Shown here piece after piece: positions 53,166 through 62,923 of a DNA stretch of 64,000 nucleotides. Below the pieces are notes generated by a model. The model had not been told where the DNA came from, ran no database searches, and saw only the letters and a program-made list of their open reading frames with translations. How positions within the stretch are numbered: position 1 is the stretch's first letter; every line of letters begins with the position of its first letter. This DNA is from Myxococcales bacterium (GTDB lineage Bacteria; Myxococcota_A; Bradymonadia; UBA7976; UBA1532): the NCBI GenBank assembly GCA_020633465.1, contig JACKDN010000006.1, positions 111,047 through 175,046 of the forward strand, in the 5' to 3' direction. The position numbers and the translations under genes are program-made.

Positions 53166-53869
53166 GCCTCAAGCAGATCACCGACGACCTCATCACAGAC
53201 CTCGCCGGGCTCACGTTCGGCCCACCGGTCACGCACGTCTACAACCCGCTCATCTACGCCCGTACCGCATGGGACGCCTACTGCGAGAAGTACGGCCAGG
53301 GGCGGCGTGAGGTGCTGATGATCGGGATGAATCCTGGACCTTGGGGGATGAGTCAGTGTGGCGTGCCCTTCGGCGAGGTGGGCCACGTACGCGACTGGAT
53401 GGGCATCGACGCGCCCATCGGCAAGCCGCCGGTCGAGCATCCAAAGCGGCCGGTGCAGGGCTTCGACTGCACGCGCAGCGAGGTGAGCGGGGCGCGGCTC
53501 TGGGGGTGGGCGAAGGACACCTTCGGCGCGCCCGAGGCGTTCTTCGAGCGCTTCTTCGTGGCCAACTACTGCCCCCTCGTCTTCATGGAAGACAGCGGGC
53601 GCAACCGGGTGCCCGAGAAGCTGCCCAAGGCCGAGCGCACGCCGATGTTCGCGGCGTGTGATCGTGCGCTGCGAAGGACCATCGAGCACTTCGCGCCGCG
53701 CTACGTCATCGGCGTGGGCAAGTTCGCCGAGAAGAAGGCGCGGCAGATCGCGGACGATCTGGACGTGATCATCGGCAGCGTCCCCCACCCCAGCCCGGCC
53801 AGCCCGCTGGCGAACCAGGGGTGGGCGCCGCTGATGGACGCGGCGCTGGCCGACCTGGGGGTGCGGTGA
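53162..53869 (+). CDS. uracil-DNA glycosylase, SMUG1 family (UDG family 3)
   Basis: GMNPGPWGMSQCGVPFG signature and conserved HPSP motif near the C-terminus. Hairpin TCCTCGtcggCGAGGA downstream. Confidence 0.85.
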   Translation: MSLKQITDDLITDLAGLTFGPPVTHVYNPLIYARTAWDAYCEKYGQGRREVLMIGMNPGPWGMSQCGVPFGEVGHVRDWMGIDAPIGKPPVEHPKRPVQGFDCTRSEVSGARLWGWAKDTFGAPEAFFERFFVANYCPLVFMEDSGRNRVPEKLPKAERTPMFAACDRALRRTIEHFAPRYVIGVGKFAEKKARQIADDLDVIIGSVPHPSPASPLANQGWAPLMDAALADLGVR

Positions 53870-54066
53870 CCAGAATCAGCCGCGTCGAACAGGCTGCGTG
53901 AGGGCTCTCCTCGTCGGCGAGGACTCGGTCTGGCCCCTCACCGTGCCGACATTGGCGAGGCGCACCTCTTCGAACGCGAGTTGACCGGCGCTGGCCGATT
54001 GCCTGATAGCCCCTTGCCCTTCGGGCATCGTGGCTCGTAGGCTGGCCACCGTCCGGGAGGTGCAGG

Positions 54067-55209
54067 GTGCCCAGCAACAGTCTCGCCGGGAGGATGTTCG
54101 ATCGAGCCGCGGCCCTGGCGCTCCAGGACGCTCTGCCTCGACTCGCTGGCCTGCCCACCGAACGACTCGAGGCGATTCGCGCGGGCGCGTCCTTCTCGGC
54201 CGTCGAGTTCGAGGCCCTATGTAGGGCGCTGGCCGTCGATCCCGCAGCGATGTACCGCGGCGAGGACGCGCAGCCGGAGCGAATTCCGACCCGCTTCCGG
54301 ACAGCGATGGTCTCCGAGCATCCGTCCGGCGACGATCTTCGCCTGCTCGCGCTGGCCGTCGAGCAGGGTCGCATCCTCGGGCACCTGATCCAGCAACTCG
54401 GACGAACGGTGCGGGTGCAGGACGGCCGCGAGATTCGCCCACCCGAGGGCCCACGGGAAACGTGGCGCGAAGGCTACCAGTTGGGCGAACGAGCGCGAGA
54501 TGCACTGCGCATTCTGCCTGGGCCGCTCACCGACCTCGACGCCGTGCTCAGGGACTGCGGGGCACACGTGGCCCGCGTCGCGATGACCTCGACAGCGATC
54601 GACGGTGCCTCGATCTGGGAGCCGGGGGCGGTCCCCATCATCCTCCTGAACACGAGGGGCCGTCGGTACGGACATCCCGGCGCGGTCCGCGCGACGCTCG
54701 CCCACGAACTCTGCCACCTGCTGCACGACGTCGGTGATCGAAACCTGACCACGCAGGTCTCGTGGGGCGTCGAGGGGACCGGCAATTTCGCCGAGGCCGT
54801 CGAAGTCCGGGCGCGGGCTTTCGCGCCTGCGTTCCTGGCGCCGCCCCCAGGGATTCGACAGTGGCACGGTGCTCTCCCGCGCCGCGTGAGGAGCAAGCCG
54901 AGTAGCCTGGTGAAGGCCATGGCGGAGCACTGGGGACTCTCGTTCGAGGGGGCCGCTTGGCACGCGAAGAACTGCGACCTGCTGGAGGCCGATGTCGCGA
55001 GCGCAATCGCTGCCCGCTCGGGACCCTGGGTCAACCTCGCACGTTTCGAGCCTCGACCCGCGTACCTACCGCTGTCGCAGCTACACCCCGGTCTGCCCGA
55101 GGAGGCAGCGGACATCTGGAAGGGGACGGCGACCGACATCGTGTTGGACGCACTCGACGAGGGGCACATCACGTTGGGCCGAGCCCGTGAACTCCTGACG
55201 TGGAGTTAG
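54067..55209 (+). CDS. XRE-type HTH fused to ImmA/IrrE-family zinc metallopeptidase
   Basis: HTH LAGLPTERLEAIRAGASFSAVEFEALCRAL. HELCHLL (HExxH). GGGAGG RBS. Confidence 0.8.
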   Translation: MPSNSLAGRMFDRAAALALQDALPRLAGLPTERLEAIRAGASFSAVEFEALCRALAVDPAAMYRGEDAQPERIPTRFRTAMVSEHPSGDDLRLLALAVEQGRILGHLIQQLGRTVRVQDGREIRPPEGPRETWREGYQLGERARDALRILPGPLTDLDAVLRDCGAHVARVAMTSTAIDGASIWEPGAVPIILLNTRGRRYGHPGAVRATLAHELCHLLHDVGDRNLTTQVSWGVEGTGNFAEAVEVRARAFAPAFLAPPPGIRQWHGALPRRVRSKPSSLVKAMAEHWGLSFEGAAWHAKNCDLLEADVASAIAARSGPWVNLARFEPRPAYLPLSQLHPGLPEEAADIWKGTATDIVLDALDEGHITLGRARELLTWS

Positions 55210-55383
55210 GAGCCTCCCCACAAAATCCTCCGCGTCGCTGGGCACCGTTCTGCACGTCGATGCCGGCGTTGCGAAGCGCTTGCAATGCGCCGAGTATTGC
55301 TGCGGCTTCGCGCCTTGGCCTCGGCGCGCAGCCCGGCACCCCGCTCGGTCGGAACCTTGTGGGGAAGCACTTAGGAGGACAGG

Positions 55384-55899
55384 TTGCTCACCTGGATCGT
55401 CGATGACGGGCCTCTCGATGATCTGGCGATGGTCGTCGAGGCGAGTTCGATGTCGCGGTGGCCGCGAGGGCGGTTCCGAGTGGCGGCGGCAACCGTAGCG
55501 GGCGCGTCCGGCAATCGGAAGGCACTCTTGGACCATCCAGACTCACCATTCGATCCGTTCTCGGTGTCGATGGACAGCGAAGCCGCGGACGTGCTGTACA
55601 GCCATCTTCGGCAACCCAGCACCTCGGACAAGAACCTCGCCGAGCACGAGTCGATCGCGTGGGCGATCACGGCGTGTCCGAACGCCATCCTGGTGGCTCG
55701 CGACAAGCGAGCGGCGTTTCAGGCGCTCGCGGAACTCGGCCGGGGCGGCGCGGCTCATCCCTCCGAGCTGTGGCTCCACCTGCTCGACGAAGGACACGTC
55801 ACGCCCGAGCAGTTCGCTGACCTCTGCCGGCGAACCAAGCGAGGTGAGCAAAGCGTAGAGATCCCGCTCCGGTGCCAACGACGGCTACCGGGAACATGA
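55384..55899 (+). CDS. PIN-like nuclease-fold protein (candidate toxin partner of the ImmA/IrrE peptidase)
   Basis: WIVDDGPLDDL ... AILVARDKRAAFQA resembles PIN acidic motifs. TTG start with AGGAGGA RBS. Lower-GC codons. Confidence 0.5.
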   Translation: MLTWIVDDGPLDDLAMVVEASSMSRWPRGRFRVAAATVAGASGNRKALLDHPDSPFDPFSVSMDSEAADVLYSHLRQPSTSDKNLAEHESIAWAITACPNAILVARDKRAAFQALAELGRGGAAHPSELWLHLLDEGHVTPEQFADLCRRTKRGEQSVEIPLRCQRRLPGT

Positions 55900-55938
55900 G
55901 GGCCCGGCAGCGCGGGCGGTCTTCTCGATGAGCCCTCG

Positions 55939-56409
55939 ATGAAGCAGCGCACCTTCACGCTCTCCACCGCCCTCGCCGCGCCCGCCGACATCGTCTGGTG
56001 GCGCGTGACGACGCCCGCGGGCATCAACGACGAGCTGGCGCCCTGGCTGCGCATGACGGTGCCGGCGCCGATGGTGGGGCGCACGCTGGCCGACGTGCCG
56101 GTGGGATCGCCGCTGGGGCGTAGCTGGCTGCTGCTGTTCGGCGTGCTGCCCGTCGAGTACGACGCGATCACGCTCGCGCGCGTCGAGCCGTTGGGCTTCG
56201 TCGAGGCGTCTTCGATGCTGTCGATGCGCGCGTGGGGACACGCCCGCTCGGTGACGCCGACGCCGACGGGGTGCACCGTGACCGATCGCCTGACGTGGAC
56301 GCCGCGCCTGCCCGGCTTGGGCGCGCTGTCGTCGATGATCGTCGCCGCCCTGTTCCGGCATCGGCACGCCCGGCTGCGGCGGGCGTTCGGCGAGGGCACG
56401 GCGGGCTGA
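55939..56409 (+). CDS. SRPBCC (START/Bet v1-like) family protein
   Basis: Size and hydrophobic-pocket pattern; weak call. Confidence 0.55.
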   Translation: MKQRTFTLSTALAAPADIVWWRVTTPAGINDELAPWLRMTVPAPMVGRTLADVPVGSPLGRSWLLLFGVLPVEYDAITLARVEPLGFVEASSMLSMRAWGHARSVTPTPTGCTVTDRLTWTPRLPGLGALSSMIVAALFRHRHARLRRAFGEGTAG

Positions 56410-56791
56410 CGCGTCCTCCGAACGCCGCGAGGTCCTCGTCCGTCCTCGGGCGCACGCCAACTTGCCTCACGCCAACTTGACTCGAGACAACTTGACTGGA
56501 GGCAACTTGACGACGGTCCTCCCGACTGATGCCGCCGTTGGTCGATCGTCGGGACGAGATGGGCTGCGGGGCCACGCCGCGCGCGCGCCGGATCGGCTGA
56601 CGCGCGGCGCGCGGCTGTGCATCGCGTCAGCGGGCACGTTCACGGACGAGCTGCGCACGCTGGCCGAGGCTGAGGGTGTGTTGCTGCTCGACGCGGGTGC
56701 GCTGCTGCCCGGCTGACCTGGCCGCCGTCGAGGACCGGGGGTCAGGACGATCCCACTTCACCGGGCCGCGGCCCATCGACCTCGCGGACCA

Positions 56792-57739
56792 TCACGCACC
56801 CGCCTCCCCATCCCTTCGTCCCGGCGGCGGCGACAGGTCGCCACCGTGCGTGTCCAAGCCCAGCCGCTCGGCCAACGCGAGCGCGTCGTAGGGCGCGTGG
56901 ACCTTCTCGCTGTTGTCGAAGAAGACGTAGACGTCCCGCCGCGCTCGCTTCGGCGCCCGCTCGGGGTGCACGCGCTCGGCGTCCTGCGGCTCGCCCCCTT
57001 GGCTCCAGCGGTCGACCTTGGCCGCCAGCTGGTCCAGCGCCTCGCGGGCGTAGCGTCCGTGGTACGTCGGGCTGCCCTCGCTGCCGTGCATGCGCACGTA
57101 CAGGAAGCCCGCGGTCACGTCCTCCAGGTACGGCCACGCCTCGGGCGCATCGGACACCACCAGCGCCACGCCCTGCTCGCGGCACAGCGCCACCACCTCC
57201 TCGCACGCGAAGGTCGCGTGCCGCACCTCCAGCGCGTGGTGGATCGTCCGCCGGGCGCCCGTCTCGGCGACCACCTCGCCGTCGAGCTTGTCCGGATCGC
57301 AGCGCCGCGCCAGCGCCGCTGCGTCCTCGGTGTGCCGCGGCAGGGCGTCCAGGAAGTCCGTCAGCCGGGCGGCGTCGAAGCCCAGGTTGGGCGGCAGCTG
57401 CCACAGGATCGGCCCCAGCTTCGCCTCGAGCGCCAAAACGCCCTGGGCGAAGAAGTTGGCCAGCCCCACCTCGGCGTCCTTCAGCTTCTTCATGTGCGTC
57501 AGGTAGCGGCTGCCCTTGACCGCGAACCGGAAGCCCCGCGGCGTCGCGTCGTGCCAGCGCCGGAACGACGACGCCGCCTGCAACGAGTAGAAGGTGCCGT
57601 TGATCTCGACCGCACCGAAGTGCCCCGCCGCGAACTCGAGCTCGCGATCCTGATCCCACCCGTCCGGGTAGAACTCGCCGCGCCACGGCGCGTAGCGCCA
57701 GCCGGAGATGCCGACGCGGATGGCGCCTCGGTCGCTCAT
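56792..57739 (-). CDS. DUF72 family protein (YecE-like)
   Basis: IRVGISGWRYAPWRGEFYP...FAVEINGTFYSL signature. Confidence 0.8.
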   Translation of the reverse strand: MSDRGAIRVGISGWRYAPWRGEFYPDGWDQDRELEFAAGHFGAVEINGTFYSLQAASSFRRWHDATPRGFRFAVKGSRYLTHMKKLKDAEVGLANFFAQGVLALEAKLGPILWQLPPNLGFDAARLTDFLDALPRHTEDAAALARRCDPDKLDGEVVAETGARRTIHHALEVRHATFACEEVVALCREQGVALVVSDAPEAWPYLEDVTAGFLYVRMHGSEGSPTYHGRYAREALDQLAAKVDRWSQGGEPQDAERVHPERAPKRARRDVYVFFDNSEKVHAPYDALALAERLGLDTHGGDLSPPPGRRDGEAGA

Positions 57740-57922
57740 CAGCGCACCGGCTCGTCGGGATCTGCCGCCCGCCGGGCACGTCGCCACGGCATCACGGGTG
57801 CACCTCCTCACAGTGGCATCGACCACGCCTCGCGCGGGGGTGCGGCGCGCACTTCGGCGGCCGCGCCCCGAACACGGGCGGCGTCGTGCCGACCCATCGC
57901 AGCCTCGGCCGCCCTGCCCCCC

Positions 57923-60900
57923 TCACCGTCGGGCCCACCGCACGACGGCGGCGCCGAGCAGCGCGGCGGCCGCCGCGGCGATCAGGCTCCTCGGCCGGAG
58001 GCGCGCGGGCCGCAGGGCCTCGGGCTGCAGCGCCTGGTGCCGCGCCTCGGGGCGCGGGGCGCGGGGGGCCTGGTCGCGACGCAGCCCGAGCTGGATCACC
58101 TCGGCCACGTGCAGGGCGCGGCGGTCGGTGAGCTGGCGGATCTGTTCGCGGCACGAGAAGCCGTCGGCGACGATCAGCGTGGCGTCGGACGCGTCGCGCA
58201 CCCGCGGCAGCAACGCGCGCTCGCCGACGGCCACCGACACCGCGTACTTGGAACGCTCGAAGCCGAAGGCGCCGGCCATGCCGCAGCAGCCGGTGCTGGG
58301 CGTGTCGACGGTCATGCCGGCGCGGCGCAGCAGCTCGACGTCGTGCTCGACGCCCATCACCGCCTCCTGGTGGCAGTGTCCGTGGAAGAGCGCCGGCCCC
58401 GCGCCCTGCGGCGGCTGGTAGTCGAGGTCGCCCACCAGCAGCTCGCCCAGGCCGCGGGCCAGCTCGGCGAGGCGGTGGGCCCGGGGATCGTCGGGCAGCA
58501 GGCGGGGCAGCTCGTCGCGGAAGACGGCGACGCACGAGGGCTCGACGCCGACGATCGGCAGGCCGGCCTCGAGCGCGGGCGCCAGCGCGTCGAGCGTTCG
58601 ACGGCCCAGCCGGCGCGCCTCGTCGAGCATGCCGTAGTCGTACAGCGGGCGGCCACAGCACAGCCGCCGCTCGGGCACCGTCACCGCGCAGCCGGCGTCG
58701 GACAGCACCTCGGCGGCGGCGGCCAGCGTCCGCGGGTGGAAGTGATCGTTGAAGGTGTCGGCCCACAGCACCACCCGACGCCCCTCGGGCGAGCGTTCCG
58801 CGCGCCGCCGGCGCCAGTGATGGCGGAACGTCCGCCGAGCGAAGCGCGGCACGTCGCGCTCGGGCGCCATGCCCGCCGCCCAGCGCGCCAACGCGCCCGT
58901 GCCCGGGCCGTGCGTCAGCGCGTTCACCAGCCCCGGCGCCCGCGCGCCGAGCGGCGCCCAGCGTTGGATGAGTCCGAAGGCATAGGCCGCGCGCGGCCGC
59001 AGCCGGCCGGCGTAGTAATGCGCCAGGAACTCGGCCTTGTAGGTCGCCACGTCCACCTCGACCGGGCACTCGTGCGCGCACCCTTTGCACGCGAGGCACA
59101 GGTCGAGCGCCTCCTTCACCTCTTCGCTGCGCCACCCGTCGCGCACCAGATCGCCGCGCACCATCTCGTACAACAGCCGCGCCCGCCCGCGCGTCGAGTG
59201 ACGCTCCTCGCGGGTGACCATGTAGCTGGGGCACATGGTGCCCTCGCCCACGCGCCGACACTTCGCCGCGCCCACGCAGCGCAGCGCCGCGTGCGTGAAG
59301 TCGTCGTCGTCGGCCGGGTAGCTGAACTCGACGTCCGGGCGCCAGCCCGGCCAGCCCCGGCCCATCGCCAGCGCGCGGCTGCGCGGCGCGGCGTCCACCA
59401 CGCGGCGCGGGTTGAGCTTGCCGGCGGGATCCCACGCGGCGCGGAAGGCGCGCATCGCCTCGATGAGCTCGTCGCCGAACATCACGCTCAGCAGCTCGCC
59501 GCGGGCGCGGCCGTCGCCGTGCTCGCCGGAGAGCGATCCACCGTGCGCCGTCACGACCTCGGCCATGTGCCGGGTGAACGCTCGGTAGTCGGCGCGCCCC
59601 GCCTCGGTGGCGAAGTCGAAGTCCACGCGGGAGTGGACGCACCCCTGCCCGAAGTGGCCGTACAGCGAGCCGCGATAGCCGAATCGCTCCAGGGCGGCGT
59701 GGTAGGCCTTCAGATAGCTCGGCAGGCGATCGGGCGGCACCGCTGCGTCCTCCCAGCCCGGCCAGGCGTCGCGCTCGCCGGGCACGAAGGCGGTCGCGCC
59801 GAGCGCCGCCTCCCGCACCCGCCAGATGCGCGCCTGCTGGGAATCGTCGGTGAAGCACGCGAGGCGGGGCGGCGTGGGATCGGCCCGCAATCGCTCCACC
59901 GCGTCGCGCGTCTTCGCCTCGAGGGCCGCCCCGTTGGACGCCCCGAGCTCGACCAGCAGCCAGCCGTCGCCCTCGGGCAGCAGGTCGAGCGCCTCGTCGT
60001 GCAGCCCGGTGGCCTCGATGTCGCGCGCGAGCGCCCGGTCGATGGCCTCACAGCCCACCGGCCGCAGGCGGCGCACCTGCGGGATGTGCGCCGCGGCCTC
60101 GTAGATGCTGTCGTAGCCCAGCACCAGCAACGAGCGATGGCTCAGCAGGGGGATCAGGCGCACCGTCGCGCCCAGCACGACCGCGCAGGTGCCTTCGGTG
60201 CCGCACAGCGCGCGCGCCAGATCGAAGCCGTTCTCGGGCAGCAGCGCCGCGAGGTCGTAGCCGGACACGCGCCGCGGGATGTCCGGGAAGCGTTCACGGA
60301 TGGTGTCGGCGTAGGTGTCGCGCACGTCGCGCAGCGCGCGGTAGAGCTCGCCGCGCCGGCCCGGGAGCCCACACAGGCGCTCGAGCTCGTCCTCGGGCGT
60401 CGGACCCACCCGCAGCTGCAGGCCGTCGTAGGTCAGCACGTCGAGCGCGACCACGTTGTCGCCGGTGCGCGCGCCGGGTCCGTACATCTCGGCCTGCAGC
60501 GCGTGGATGCCGCAGGCGTTGTTGCCGATCATGCCACCGAGCGTGCAGCGATCGTGCGTGGAGGGGTCGGGCCCGAAGGTCAGGTCGTATGGCTCCGTGG
60601 CCGCGCGCAGCGCGTCGAGCAAGGTGCCGGGCTGGACGGTCGCCGTGCGCGCGTCGGGATCGACGTCGACGACGTGATGCATGGACTTCGAAAAGTCGAG
60701 TACGACCGCGGTGTTGCAACACTGTCCAGCGAGGCTGGTGCCGCCGCCGCGGGTCAGCACGGGCGCGCCGGCCGCGCGGCAGGCAGCGACCGCGCGGACG
60801 ACGTCGTCGGCGTCGCGCGGGACGACCACGCCGATGGGGATCTGGCGATATTGCGACGCGTCGTGGGCGTACAAGCCGCGGGTGCCCGCGTCGAAGCGGA

Positions 60901-61000
60901 CCTCGCCGCGCACGACCTCGCGCAGGCGACGCTCGAGGGCGCGGGCGTCGTCCGGCGGGAGGCCGTCCACGGTCGTCGAGGGAGCGTTCGGAGCGACCAC
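57923..61000 (-). CDS. FAD-linked oxidase fused to Fe-S (CCG-domain) oxidoreductase (GlcD/YdiJ-like 2-hydroxyacid dehydrogenase)
   Basis: FAD_binding_4 N-terminus, two CxxCxxCxxxCP ferredoxin motifs, C-terminal CCG cysteine-rich domain. Confidence 0.85.
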   Translation of the reverse strand: MVAPNAPSTTVDGLPPDDARALERRLREVVRGEVRFDAGTRGLYAHDASQYRQIPIGVVVPRDADDVVRAVAACRAAGAPVLTRGGGTSLAGQCCNTAVVLDFSKSMHHVVDVDPDARTATVQPGTLLDALRAATEPYDLTFGPDPSTHDRCTLGGMIGNNACGIHALQAEMYGPGARTGDNVVALDVLTYDGLQLRVGPTPEDELERLCGLPGRRGELYRALRDVRDTYADTIRERFPDIPRRVSGYDLAALLPENGFDLARALCGTEGTCAVVLGATVRLIPLLSHRSLLVLGYDSIYEAAAHIPQVRRLRPVGCEAIDRALARDIEATGLHDEALDLLPEGDGWLLVELGASNGAALEAKTRDAVERLRADPTPPRLACFTDDSQQARIWRVREAALGATAFVPGERDAWPGWEDAAVPPDRLPSYLKAYHAALERFGYRGSLYGHFGQGCVHSRVDFDFATEAGRADYRAFTRHMAEVVTAHGGSLSGEHGDGRARGELLSVMFGDELIEAMRAFRAAWDPAGKLNPRRVVDAAPRSRALAMGRGWPGWRPDVEFSYPADDDDFTHAALRCVGAAKCRRVGEGTMCPSYMVTREERHSTRGRARLLYEMVRGDLVRDGWRSEEVKEALDLCLACKGCAHECPVEVDVATYKAEFLAHYYAGRLRPRAAYAFGLIQRWAPLGARAPGLVNALTHGPGTGALARWAAGMAPERDVPRFARRTFRHHWRRRRAERSPEGRRVVLWADTFNDHFHPRTLAAAAEVLSDAGCAVTVPERRLCCGRPLYDYGMLDEARRLGRRTLDALAPALEAGLPIVGVEPSCVAVFRDELPRLLPDDPRAHRLAELARGLGELLVGDLDYQPPQGAGPALFHGHCHQEAVMGVEHDVELLRRAGMTVDTPSTGCCGMAGAFGFERSKYAVSVAVGERALLPRVRDASDATLIVADGFSCREQIRQLTDRRALHVAEVIQLGLRRDQAPRAPRPEARHQALQPEALRPARLRPRSLIAAAAAALLGAAVVRWARR

Positions 61001-61004
61001 GCCG

Positions 61005-62777
61005 CTAGCTCAGCAGGTCCTTGACCGACTGCTTCACCGCCCGCCACCGATGGGGATCCTGCTTCATCATCGACGTCAGGTACTGCTTGGCCTGGTCGAA
61101 GCGGATGTGGGGCGGCAGCGGCGGCACCTCGGGATCGGTGTGCGCGTCCACCACGACGGGGCGGTTGGCGCTCAGCGCCTCTTCCCACCCGGGGCGCACG
61201 TCGTCGGGACCAGCCATGGTCACGCCGAGCAGCCCCAACGACGTCGCGTAGGCGGCGTAGTCGAAGGCCGGCAGCGTCTGCGACGCGTCGAACTTCGGAT
61301 CGCCCTCCATGACCCGCTGCTCCCAGGTCACCTGGTTCAGGTCGCCGTTGTTCAGCACCAGCACGATCAGCCGCGGATCGTCCCACTCGCGCCAATGCTC
61401 GGCGATGGTGACCAGCCCGTTGATGCCGTTCATCTGCATGGCGCCGTCACCGACGCAGGCGATCACCGGGCGATCCGGGTGCACGAACTTGGCGGCCAGC
61501 GCGTAAGGCACGCCGGGACCCATCGTGGCCAGGTTGCCCGACAGCGAGGCCATCATGCCGGGGCGGATCTTCAGGTCGCGGGCCCACCAGTTGGCGGCCG
61601 AGCCCGAGTCCGACGTCAGGATCACCCGGTCCGGCAGCAGGGGCGAAAGCTCCCAGAAGACGCGCTGCGGGTTCAGCGGCTCGGCGTCCTTCATCGCGCG
61701 CGCCTCGAGGGTCTCCCACCAGTTGCTGACGTGGCGCTCGATGCGCTCGCGCCAGCGTCGGCGGTCGTCGCGCGCCTCGAGCCGCGGCAGCAGCGCGCGC
61801 AGCGTCTCGCGGGTGTCACCGCAGAGCGCGACCTCCATCGGATAGCGCAGGTTGAGCATGCGCGGATCGATGTCGATCTGGACGCCGCGCGCCTCGCCCT
61901 CCTCGGGCAGCCACTCGCTGTACGGGAAGCTCGACCCCACCATGAAGAAGGTGTCGCACGACGACATCATGTGGGCGCTCGGCTCGGTGCCGAGCAGGCC
62001 GATCGATCCCGTGACGTAGGGCAGATCGTCGGCGACGACGGCCTTGCCCAGGAGCGCCTTGGCCACGCCGGCGCCGAGGCGATCGGCGACGGCCATGACC
62101 TCTTCGGCGGCGCCCAGCGCGCCCGCCCCGACCAGCATCGCCACGCGGCGGCCGGCGTTGAGGACCTTGGCGGCGCGATCCAGATCGGCGTCGTGCGGCA
62201 GCACGCGCGGCGGCGCCCAGCCGATGCCCGAGAAGGTGGTGCCGTGCGTGCGCTCGGGGCTCTCGACGGCGTCCTCGTCCTGCACGTCGCTGGGCAGGAT
62301 GACGCAGGTGACCGTCCGCTGCGCCTGCGCGATGCGCACGGCCCGATCGATCAGGTGGCGCGCCTGCGCGGGGTGGGTGCAGACGTGGCAGAACTGATGG
62401 GCCACGTCTTTGAACAGCGACGTGAGATCGATCTCCTGCTGATAGTCGCTGCCGAGGGCGGTGCGCGCCTGCTGACCCACCAGGGCGACCACCGGCTGGT
62501 GATCCATGCGCGCGTCGTACAGCCCGTTGAGCAGGTGCACGGCGCCCGGCCCCGACGTGGCGAGGCACACGCCGACCTCGCCCGAGAACTTGGCGTGGGC
62601 GGCGGCCATGAAGGCGGCCAGCTCCTCGTGGCGGGCCTGGACGAAGCGGATGGCGCCCTCGGCGCGATTCAGCGCGCCGAGCAGGCCGTTGATGCCGTCG
62701 CCCGGGTAGCCATAGATGCGGTCGACGCCCCATCCGCGGAGGCGTTGGACGACGAAGTCGGCGACGGTGTGGCTCAT
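61005..62777 (-). CDS. thiamine-pyrophosphate enzyme (pyruvate oxidase/PoxB-like)
   Basis: GYPGDG, GPG..H, and C-terminal GDGAMQMNG...NNG TPP-binding motif. Confidence 0.85.
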   Translation of the reverse strand: MSHTVADFVVQRLRGWGVDRIYGYPGDGINGLLGALNRAEGAIRFVQARHEELAAFMAAAHAKFSGEVGVCLATSGPGAVHLLNGLYDARMDHQPVVALVGQQARTALGSDYQQEIDLTSLFKDVAHQFCHVCTHPAQARHLIDRAVRIAQAQRTVTCVILPSDVQDEDAVESPERTHGTTFSGIGWAPPRVLPHDADLDRAAKVLNAGRRVAMLVGAGALGAAEEVMAVADRLGAGVAKALLGKAVVADDLPYVTGSIGLLGTEPSAHMMSSCDTFFMVGSSFPYSEWLPEEGEARGVQIDIDPRMLNLRYPMEVALCGDTRETLRALLPRLEARDDRRRWRERIERHVSNWWETLEARAMKDAEPLNPQRVFWELSPLLPDRVILTSDSGSAANWWARDLKIRPGMMASLSGNLATMGPGVPYALAAKFVHPDRPVIACVGDGAMQMNGINGLVTIAEHWREWDDPRLIVLVLNNGDLNQVTWEQRVMEGDPKFDASQTLPAFDYAAYATSLGLLGVTMAGPDDVRPGWEEALSANRPVVVDAHTDPEVPPLPPHIRFDQAKQYLTSMMKQDPHRWRAVKQSVKDLLS

Positions 62778-62923
62778 GAGGGTTCTCCTGCGTGTCGGGC
62801 GGGAACCCAGCGGTCTTCACGATCCGCACCAAGCGGGCGCCGCGGTGCCGCGGCGCCCGCACCGGTGGCATCGTGCCCCACGGGCGGTGGGCGGCGCAGC
62901 GGAACGCCTCGCGGGCCTCGCGG

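Noticed and set aside
56600-56716. C-terminal tail resembling an Mrr-like restriction endonuclease (..GTFTDELRTLAEAEGVLLLDAGALLPG)
   Set aside because: Too short and without the catalytic N-terminal part; a remnant at best.
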